DNA from: the human T2T-CHM13v2.0 reference genome, Homo sapiens
Reading direction: 5' to 3' (one strand)
Length of the DNA: 64,000 nt
Assembly: GCF_009914755.1 (NCBI RefSeq)
Contig: NC_060937.1
Shown here: positions 53,676-64,000 of the stretch, in pieces
Layout: each line of letters begins with the position of its first letter
Numbering within the stretch: the first letter of the stretch is position 1
Program-made: the position numbers and the translations under genes
Notes under the pieces: model-generated
What the model was told of the DNA's origin: nothing
Databases searched by the model: none
Seen by the model: only the letters and a program-made list of their open reading frames with translations

Positions 53676-54332
53676 CTCATCCCAGCTGCCTGACCCTGAG
53701 CTCCGGGAAAGAATTCATCTTTATATTTTCATAGTGCCAGGTGTAGTGCCATTCTGTAGTTCACATTTACTCATTCCACAAATACTTAATACATGCCTAC
53801 AGTGGGCCAGGCACTGACTGACAGACATGATTGCTATGAAATGTATGGCTTTGCTGGAGAGATCGGCAAGTATTACAATACTTCTAATTGGGGAAGTGTG
53901 GGATGCAATAGAGTAAGTATCGGGGGTGCTTCTCTTGAACCTATGGGGGGCAGGCTAGGTTTCCTGGAGGAAAGTGATGCATCAGCAAAGTCTCAGATGA
54001 GCAGGTAAAGGGCACAGAGAGTTTTGGATGAAGAGAAGTGCCTATCAGGAAGGTGTCCTATGGATAACTCAAATGAGTGAGGGAATGAAAATAAATTTTG
54101 GTCAGCTTTTGAGAAGATGAGGGAATCCTAACGTCCTCTTAAATTGTTTTGGTTGAATGAGGAATGCCTAGGCACTCCTGATGGTCATGTTTTAATTCCC
54201 AGAATAAGGATGAATGATGGAAGAGGGCTGCCTAGAAGACCTCGTGGAGCAAAGGGCTTTGTGCTGAAATCAGGACTTGGACACATCCATGTGCTTTCTG
54301 AAGCACATTGCTTCCTTAATTGTTTTCTTATA

Positions 54333-54696
54333 TAGTAGTTTCTTTTTATGCTCGGGGAATATGTTCCAAGACCCCCAGTGGATGCCTGAGACTGTGAGTA
54401 GTACCAAAGCTATAAATACTATATTTTTTCAATCTGATAACCATGACAGCTACTAAGTGACTAATGGGCAGGTAGTGTATACAGCATAGAAATACTGGAC
54501 AAAGGGATGATTCATGTTCCAGGCTGGATGGAGCGAGATGGCATAAGATTTCATCACGAGACTCAGAATAGTGTGCAAAGTAAAACTTATGCATTGTTTA
54601 TTTCTGGAATTTTCCATTTAATATTTTCAGACTGCGGTTGACTATGGGTAGCTGCAACTTTGGAAAGCAAAACCGTAGAGAAGAAGGGACTGCTGT
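54333..54696. mobile_element. MER44A TcMar-Tigger element
   Basis: GTTCCAAGACCCCCAGTGGATGCCTGA..TTTCTGGAATTTTCCATTTAATATTTTCAGAC..GGGACTGCTGTA. Confidence 0.9.
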
Positions 54697-54865
54697 ACAT
54701 ATGTTTTATTGCCCTCTCATTCGGAATCTTGCAATGTCTCTAGCAACTTACCCTGATGGTATTGGCAGGCATTTTGACTGCAGATGAGTAAAAAGTTTAT
54801 TGCAAAGAAAACATAGATCAGGCTTCCTTCCTTGTCTGCCCAGAACCTAACATTTTGAAACTCTG

Positions 54866-55029
54866 CCATCTTTGAAGGGGGTTTTGTTCCTATGTGGGTT
54901 GCTGTGGCTGACCCTCCACTCCATTTTTGAAGGAGATTTGTTCCTAACTGGGTTGCTATGGCAGCCCCTCCATTCCCTCTTTGAAGGGGGTTTTGTTCCT
55001 ATCTGAGTTGCTGTGGCCGCCCCTCCACT
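54866..55029. repeat. Three-copy tandem repeat, 54-55-bp unit
   Basis: Units start at 54866, 54921 and 54975 (CC.T.TTTGAAGG.G.TTTGTTCCTA..TG.GTTGCT.TGGC.G.CCCTCCA.T). Confidence 0.95.
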
Positions 55030-56300
55030 CCCAAAGAGACTCATCCTTATCCTTTTCTATCTTCCTCACCATGTATTCATAGGACAAAGCTGACTTTTGA
55101 ACTGGAAGACAGTGGGTTTAACTAAAAATAAGATTGGTTAGTCATTTAAAAGCTACAGAGACTGAGAGGCAAAACTTTCCAAACTCTTATTAGGTCCCCT
55201 CATTGGGAAGCTTTGGCATTGGGCAGAGGTGAGCCTCTGCCTCCCTTTCCTTTGAGAAGAATGGAAGTAGCCCTTGTCAACACATAGCACCTTTCTCTGA
55301 AGATAAATCCCTGATTGAGTTGGAAGCCTGGCTGCTTTCCCTGCCCCTTCATAGCAGGGTCCCTTTGACTCTCAGTAACTTTTTCAGCATTTCACTCAAC
55401 ATGATCAATAGCTTTTCGTTAATGCTTCTGGGCCCAGAGGAAGCAGAATAGATGAGAGAAGGCAAGTGGATTGATAAATACCTTAGAATCACCCAAAGGT
55501 AAATGGTTTTTTATATATAGAATCCAAGAGAGAGATTCACTCTAAATGCATACCTTTCCTCAAGACAGGTGAGACTGCATTGCTCTCTGGAGGGGGCTGA
55601 ATTGGCCATCAGCATCTTAAGAATGAGCCTATCTTTGCTTTCCTTTCCATGAAGAAGGAAATGTCCTTAGGACAAATCTCTCCTAGGATAACTTTCCAGA
55701 ACAATTGGACATATCCACTGATTTTACCAAAAAGCCTATGTTTTTGTTTTTCTGGTGAGTTTATCATTCTGCAAAATGTGGGAGCTAGAATTGGATTACA
55801 TAGTAATTTCTCATGAGAAGACAGCAGTGAAATTAGGTAAGTGGCAGGGTTTATGTTCCAGCCTCTTTGCCATGCCAGCTTGTGTGTTTCACATTTGGAC
55901 AATGCCCTCAGAATTGTCTAGCTCATGTGCAGGGTGGGCACACAGTTAGGGAAATACAACAGAACAGCCACTGTTAGAGCCTTGGGGCTGAGAAAATCCC
56001 ACCACCTAGAAAAGCAACTGGAGAGTGGAATCCCATGGTTCTCAGTGAAAATGGAAATGGTGACATTTTATTTCTCTAGCTGGGGACCCATATGGGCTGA
56101 CTTCTAGAGCAGGGTTTTCAAACAGCATTTTATGGACCCATGCTTCCTTTCTTCTAGTCCCCATTGTATCTCCCTAATAAAACCATGATCACCTATTGTT
56201 GCTTATTTATTTATTGATATGCCGCAGCTTATAAGATTATATAGCCCTTGCATTGTAATAGTCTCTCCTAAAATAGCATTCACTTAAAAATGATCAAAGT

Positions 56301-56760
56301 ACAGTTGATCCTTGAACAACATGGGTTGGAGCTGCCTGGGTTCACTTATATGTGAATTTTCTCCCCGCTGTGCCACCTCCAAGGCAGCAAGAACAATTAT
56401 TTCTCTTCCTCCTCAGGTTATTCAATGGGAAGATGATGAGGATGGAGATCTTTGTGATGGTTCACTTTCACTTAATGAACAGTAAATATATTTTCCTTTT
56501 CTTTGTGATTTTCTTATGAAAATGTTAATTTTCTTTTCTACAGCTTACTTTATTGTAAGGCTACAGTGTATGATACATTGTATGATACATATAACATACA
56601 AAATATGTGTTAATCAACTATTTATGTTATCAGTAAGGCGTCTGGTCAATGGTAGGCTATTAATAATTAAATTTTAGGGAGTCAAAAGTTATAAACAGTG
56701 AATTTTTGGTTGTTCAGGGTATTGATGCTCCTAACTCCCATATTATTCAAGGGTCAACTG
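56301..56760. mobile_element. Tigger2a/MER28 non-autonomous DNA transposon
   Basis: TIRs CAGTTGATCCTTGAACAA / TTATTCAAGGGTCAACTG flanked by TA. Confidence 0.92.
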
Positions 56761-56872
56761 TAATAGATGAATATCATAAAAAACATCAAACACTGCAAAG
56801 TATACAAGGCAGTGGGAGCTGCCCCACTCACAATCATCTCTCAGTCCCACCTCACAGAGGCAACCACTTTGA

Positions 56873-57244
<372 letters not shown>

Positions 57245-57828
57245 TAGAAATTATTTATTCTCTTTCTACTGTGATCATTTACCACTTATACTCTACTCCC
57301 CAATCCTTCTCTCTCCATTCTTTGAAAAGAGCTTTTTTCATGTTATAGTAATGAACTTATTACATTATTATGAGTATCTGAATATCTTATACTTCAGAGT
57401 CAAGTAGAGTATCATGATTATGTTTTCTTTCTTCAACAACTGTTGTTTTTTCCTCATGTTTCCAATTGGCTTTGTTTTTTTCTGTGTACTGTTTGCTCTT
57501 AACACATTCTATATTATTCCAAATCTCTAAGGATATATCAAGCCCAGAAATCCCCTAATTCCTTCCTCATTCTTGTCTTCTGTGTGACTTCTTTCATTGT
57601 TGACTAATTCACCACGTAACAGCAAGATCCTTGAGGGGAGCATTTTATCTATTCATCTGTATATATCTCTTGTCTGTCACCTTGTCTGGCACATACTGGA
57701 CATTCATTAAATATTTGATGATTGCGTGAATGACTGTACTTCTGTGGAGTGTTGAACAAATGAATTTAAGCTTTACGTTCTTGAGTAAAATTACTTTCAG
57801 ATGTTAAGTATGATAATACAAAATCTAC

Positions 57829-58190
57829 GGTATTAGTCTGTTCTCACACTGCTAATAAAGAGATACCCAAGGCTGAGTAATTTATAAAAGAAAGATATTT
57901 AATGGACTCACAGTTCCACATGACTGGGGATGCCTCATAATCATGGCAGAAGGCAAAGGAGGAGCAAAGGCTTGTCCTACATGGTGGCAGGCAAGACAGC
58001 ATATGTAGGGGAACTGCCTTTTATAAACCATCAGATCTCATGAGACTTACTCACTATCACGAGAACAGCAAGGGAAAACCTGCCCCCATGATTCAACTAC
58101 CTTCCACCAGCTCCCTCCCATGACCTATGGGAATTATGGGGGCTAAAATTCAAGATGAGATTTGGGTGGGGACACAGCCAAACCATATCA
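57829..58190 (-). mobile_element. THE1 (C/D-like) solo LTR
   Basis: GTATTAGTCTGTTCTCACACTGC..CAGCCAAACCATATCA; TSD TC(T/C)AC. Confidence 0.95.
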
Positions 58191-60362
58191 TCCACCAATT
58201 TTAAATGCACCAATTTTTTTGCCATTATTTTTACATTTTATTCTTGAGTTCACCATGTAAATATTCATATATTCCCAAGTATACCCTGAATTGAAACTGT
58301 AAAATACATAGATATTGTCCATAACATAAAAATATTAGTTATAATCACTGAAGTCTAGATAAGAAATAGCTGTCATTTGTTCAATAGTTTAACATGTTAT
58401 TTACTCACTTAACTACTGTATACTTATTTATTATTATTGTCTTATATTTCTCCTTGGTGTGATTACTGATTATAAACCATGTGCAATTTCTATTATAGTG
58501 TCTTTGCATTATTTGGTCCTTTTGCCTGTAATTTTCTTTCCACCGTCTCTCATTGCCCCCTCTCCGCAATACGCATACCTAGATCATGCCTACTTTTCCT
58601 TCATAGTTTGGCTCAGTCATCCCTGACTAGGCCATTTCTCTTTATTTTATGCTCTCACAATCCCATGTGGTGCTTATCTCAATCATCTTCACTGTGATCC
58701 GAGTCATTCTTTGATTAATGACTGTCTCCCTCACTAGACTGAAAGCTTCCTAAGTGTGGGACCCTGTCTGGTTTTGCCTTCTGTTTCATCTCCAGCATAT
58801 TGCATCAAACATGGCACAAAGTTAGTGTTCAATTTTACCATGGAAAACCTTCCTCTATGATTTAATTTTTCTTGAATAAGTGTTCTATGACTTTGAATTT
58901 CTGGCAAATTTCTTTCTGAACGTGTCTGTCAAAAGTTGACTTCTGGGCTGGGTGAAGGACAAGGAGGGGAGAGTAAGATTGAGAAATCCATATTCGTGAG
59001 TTTTTTGAGAGATCCAGGTTATTTTATTAGTTTCTTAAAAAGATTAGTGTTTTCCAAAGTGGAGGTGCTTTCCATTGGATGTGGAAAAAAATGACAACTT
59101 TTATTTATAATGAGTTTATTTTAAACAAACACTTCATCTGTCATCATGAGTATTCAAATCTGTCTACACGAGTGTATTTTCTAGATAACTAACACTTTTC
59201 CATTTAGCAAAAAAAATTTTTTCATATGTATTATTTTAAACAAAATATTTCCAGTACACCCACAGGCCTATTTGCCTTCTTTGAAAGAACACACTGGCCT
59301 TAACCCATTTCCAGGTGGCTCTGCCATTGATATTAGAGAGTGAAATGTACTTATGATTGATTTTTATCAGGGTTGTACAATATATTGGTAGATAAATGAG
59401 TTAGATGTGAAGACCTTAATTTTTTGTAATGTAAGAAGTCAAATATTGAGTAAATGTTAAAATAACACATATAAGTGTAGAGTAAGAAGAATAACAATAC
59501 AAAGAACTTATGTATATTAACAACCCTGTTTTAAAAACTGAATATTTTAATGATCTCTAAAACCCAGAAGTGTTGCTTCCTAATCCTTCTCTTTCCCTCG
59601 GCCCTTAGATACAACCATGATTGTGAATATTGTGTTCAGGATTGTCTTGCTTTTCTATGGCTTCAAAATATGTATTTGCAGCATAAATAATATAGTATTT
59701 AGTTTTGCATGCTTTTCATTGTTTACAAAAGGAGTCATCCTGTAAGCATTTGGCAACTTACTTTTTTTGGGCTCAAAATTACGTTCATGAGAGATTATTC
59801 CTTGTAAGTGAATAGGGCTATCATTCATTCAATTTCACTGATGTATAACATCCTATTCTGAGACTACCCCACATTTATTTATCTGTCCTTGTGGGTTGTT
59901 TCTAAGTTTTGCTCTTACAAATAGTACTGTTATGAACATGCTTTGTACATGTCCCCTGTACTAATGTGCAAGAGTTTATCTTGAGTATGAACCTAGGGTT
60001 GGAATTGCCGAGTCATAGGTTATATGCATCTTAGGCTAGAAAAAGCCATAATGTTCTCCAAAGTAATTGTACAAACTTATGCTCCCAGCAGCAGAGTTTA
60101 AACATTTTAGTTGTTCTACATCCTCTCTAGCACTTGATGTTGTCAAACTTTTAATTTTTGTCAATCTGGCATGTATGAAGCAGTATTTCGTTATAGTTTT
60201 AATTTGCATCTCCCTAATTACTAATGAGGCTGAGCATTTTCCCCACATATTTATAGGGTATTCAAATTATTGTTTCTGTGAAGTACCTGTTCAAATATTC
60301 TGTCCATTTTTGATTGACTTTTGTTGGCCTTTCATTGTGTGTTAATCTGTAGTTCTTTATAG

Positions 60363-60533
60363 TATATTTCATTGAATTTAGGAGAATACTTATTGTAAGA
60401 GATGCTGCTATTTTATTTACACTAAGAAAAAAACGCTAGCAATTAAATTGTGACAGTGTTGATTATAAGATGCATCTTAATTAGAGAGATGTTAAATATG
60501 AAAGAAAAGTACATTTAATAGTGATGAAATATT
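60363..60533. mobile_element. MER104-like TcMar-Tc2 element
   Basis: TATTTCATTGAAT..GATTATAAGATGCATCTT..GATGAAATA inverted termini. Confidence 0.7.
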
Positions 60534-60659
60534 ATATATTGGAATAGTAATACTTTGCCAATTAAGTATATTTGAAAGTATAGTCTCTCAATTTGTATTT
60601 TGTTTCTTTACTTTCTTTATATTGTCTCTTGATGCAAACTCATTCTTAATATAGTCCAA

Positions 60660-60792
60660 TTAAAAAAAATTTCAACTTTTATAGATTCATGGGTACATGT
60701 GCAGGTTTGTTACATGAGTATATTTTGTGATTCTGGGATTTGGGGTATGATTGATCCTGTCACCCAGGTACTGAGCAGAATACTCATATAGT
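60660..60792 (-). mobile_element. Short L1PA13-16-like 3' end
   Basis: GGTACATGTGCAGGTTTGTTACATG..GTCACCCAGGTACTGAGCA. Confidence 0.85.
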
Positions 60793-61819
60793 CAAATTTT
60801 AAAATCTTTTTCTCTGTGTTTTTTACATATTGTGTTTTAAGAAGTCTTCTCTGCCTTGAGATAATAACAATATTTTTTTCAATATTTTCCTGTCTATGTT
60901 TTATGTGTTTGCCTCCCACATCTAAAATTTTAATTATCTGGAATTGATTTTGGATTATGGTATGAGGAAGCCTCCAGAGTAATATTAATAATTATTCCAG
61001 CATTAAAAAGTTCATCATTTCTCAACTGATCTACAATTATATCTCAGCCTTGAATTAAGTGTCCATATATATGCATGGGTCTGTTTCTGGGCTTTCAAAT
61101 CTGTTTCATTGGGATATTTGTTTATTCCAGCATCATTACTATGCAGCTGAATGTTGATTTACCAGAAGCTAAAGAAGCTTAAACCTCAGTACCTCCTCAC
61201 TTCAGCACCCCTGATTTGCATGAATCCTGAATCTAATATTTATAATTTTGTATTATTTTATGTAGAAGTGTGCCCAAACTACATAAACTTCAGGCCCTAT
61301 ATAATCAGATGCCACCCTTGCATGCAGTCTTAATGATTATAGTTTTATAATATTTTTTCATGTGTGTTACATCAACTACCCCACTCCGTTCTTCTGGAAT
61401 GTCTTGCCTACTCTTTGGCTTTTGCGTTTCCATATGCATTTTGGAATCCATTTGTCAAGTTCCATAATTAAACTGTGGTAATTTTCAGTAAAATTACATT
61501 GCATCTCTAAATCAATTTGGAAACCATGGACATCTTTGCAATATTGAATTCTTCAACCCATGAACATGGTGTCTATCCACTTTTTTTTTTTTTTTAGCTC
61601 TTCTTTAATGTTGTTCAATAGAGTTTTGTATTTTTTGGAAATATTTAGCATATTTTTATTAGTTTTATTTTTAGTACCTTATATCTTTGGGGGGATAGCA
61701 GAATGAATATCATTTAAAAAATCACGTTTTCCAAATGTCATTGATGGTAGACAGAAATTCAATTGATTTTTGAATACTGATTTTGTATTTAGCAGCTTTG
61801 TTTAACTTTGTTATTAACT

Positions 61820-62097
61820 CTTTTTTTCTTTTTTTTGAGACAGAATCTCGCTCTGTCTCTCAGGCTGGAGTGCAGTGGCGCGGTCTTAGCTCACTGCAAC
61901 CTCCGCCTCCGGGTTCAAGTGATTCTCCTGCCTCAGCCTCTTGAGTAGCTGGGATTGCAGGCGTCCACCACCATGCCCGGCTAATTTTTGTATTTTTGGT
62001 AGAGATGGGGCTTCACCATGTTGGTCAGGCTGGTCTTGAACTCCTGACCTTGTGATCCACCCTCCTCGGCCTCCAAAAGTGCTGGGATTACAGGCGT
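61820..62097 (-). mobile_element. AluS (Sg-like)
   Basis: Antisense Alu ending GGATTACAGGCGT (first ~20 nt missing). Confidence 0.95.
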
Positions 62098-64000
62098 AAT
62101 TTTGTTTTCTTAAGCTCTCCTTGCAGGTTTCAGAATTGAAATGCTGCCAACCTTATACATTGAATTAAGGAGTATTTTCTCTTTTGCTCAACTCTGAGGT
62201 AGATTTTTGTAAGGTTGAAATTATTTGTTCCTTGAACATTTGGTAGAACTCGCTGGCAAAACCAACTGTGTTTTCTGCATGGGAGGATTTTAAACTGATG
62301 ATTCAAGTTAAAACCTTAAAAAAGGTTTTAAGATTATTAAAGTTTTTGATTTCCAGGAGCTTTTCTAGGAATTTGTTCATCTTATCTAAGTTTTCAAATT
62401 TATTTGGCTTAGAGTTGTTTATAACATTCTTTTTTTTTTTTAATATCTACTGCATGTAGTTATATCATCTTTTTTATTCCTAAAAATGTGTATTTGTGCC
62501 TTGTCTTTTTCTTGTTCAATACTGCTACTACTTTGTCAATATTGTTCTTTCAAAAAATCCAGTTTTTGGTTTTGTTAGTAATCTCGACTGTATTAACTCT
62601 CTCAGTGATGAACTCCCAAGTGGCCCAAATCTCGTTTCCCGAGCAGTGCTACAATGTCCACCCTAGAATATGTCTCCTTATGCATCCGTGTGGGGATGTA
62701 CACTCTACATTCTACTCAAGAGTAGAATTTCTGGACCACAGGGAATGCATGTGTCTAGTTTGAGTAAGTAGGGCTGATTTATCTCACTACTCCTTTACCT
62801 GCAGTGGTTGAGTGTTCCTGTGTCTCCCATCCCCACCTAACACTCAGATTCATTTACCTTTCTCATTTTGGTGTTTTAATAGGTATAAAGCAATAAGCAT
62901 TTTTAGAAAAAAAGGTGTGTTCTTGGGTTACCATTTTTGGTACATTTTATCATGTGCGAGTTGCCTTTTTGAAGTGTTCTTCTGTATTATTCCCTATTCA
63001 CATATTTTGCCTGTTTTTTTTTTTTCCTATTATAGTTTCTGTCTTTTGCTCATTGACTTACAGGTATTTCTTAGATATTCTATTTATTAGTCTTTTTGCC
63101 AGCTTTAGACATTGCAAATATCTTCTCCTATTTTATTGGTTAATTATTAATTTTTCCCATGGTTTATTTTGCTGAACAGAAATATTTATGTTTAATATAA
63201 TCGAATTAATCAATTCTTTTGTCTAATTGTTTATGCTTCTAAAGTTTTGTTTAAGAAGTCTTTTCCAACACTAGACTACAAAGAAAATCTGTTTTCTACA
63301 AGAAACTTTATCTTCTTACCTTTTATATTCATGTCTTTAATTCATCTAGAGTTTATCTCTGTATGTAGTGTTAGGAAGGTATCCAGTTTATTTTCCTCTA
63401 TATAGCCAGGCAGTTTTTCTAACAGTATTTACTAAACCATCTGTTTTCCCCATTGATTTTTGATGCCACATTTATTGCAAAATAGGTTCCTAGGTGTCTA
63501 TGATTCTGTTTCTGAGTTTCTTGAACCCAAACCATATTGTTATTACTGTTTAAAGAGTGTCTTAAGTCTGCTAGGTCAAACACTCTTTCTTAAAGGTCAA
63601 CTTAACTATGCATAAGCATTTACTTCTTCACCTAAATCTTAGGTTACATTTGTTGAGTGTCTCAGAAAATCCAAATGGGATTTTGATTTGGATTGCATTA
63701 CATTTATTGGTTAATTTGGGGGAAATTGACTTCATCAAAATTAAAAATTTCTATTCAGACTACACATATCTTACAAAATACTCATATTCAGAATACACAA
63801 AGACAGAAGGATAATATCACAATGCACTAAAAGGAAATAACAAGCCACCCAGAGGCACAGAGAAGGCGCCCACACCTGCACTGGCCAGCACCCCACCCTA
63901 CATCAATACCACCTCCCGTGCAACAGCACGAACCATCCCCTTCCTCTCAATGCCTGTGGATGTACCAAAGAAGAAGGGAAGCTTGCAAGGCCTCCAGTCT

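Larger units (their letters stand above)
59430..63750 (-). mobile_element. Old L1M (L1MC/MD/ME-like) fragments with nested insertions
   Basis: AT-rich antisense L1 motifs, e.g. TTTAATTTGCATCTCCCTAATTACTAATGAGGCTGAGCATTTT; antisense ORF 60036-60248 has CSASLVIREMQIKT (ORF2p-like). Confidence 0.85.

Noticed and set aside
54866-55029. CRISPR-like repeat array
   Set aside because: Contiguous tandem units without unique spacers, eukaryotic context and no cas genes.

Overview
Primate (very likely human) non-coding DNA, intergenic or deep intronic. I cannot name the locus and cannot support any cellular protein-coding exon, RNA gene or CRISPR array. About half the window is interspersed repeat: about 14 Alus plus one FLAM, L1 3' ends, L2/MIR relics, MaLR/ERVL/ERV1 solo LTRs, MER/Tigger DNA-transposon fossils, and a 5'-truncated HERV-H sitting inside an Alu. 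The only ORFs with recognisable homology are an L1 ORF2 C-terminus and a HERV-H integrase fragment. Repeat subfamily names come from remembered consensus sequences and need RepeatMasker/Dfam confirmation; boundaries of old elements are approximate. The most notable observations are: (1) a perfect 140-bp non-tandem duplication 1.4 kb apart with GCA at both ends; (2) a one-LTR HERV-H whose broken end rejoins the host Alu with no host bases lost; (3) three CTCF-like motifs within 170 bp; (4) a 55-bp triplication carrying TCF/SOX/RFX-like motifs; (5) TE-free, motif-rich blocks that look like enhancers. I found no evidence for a new multi-component biological system.
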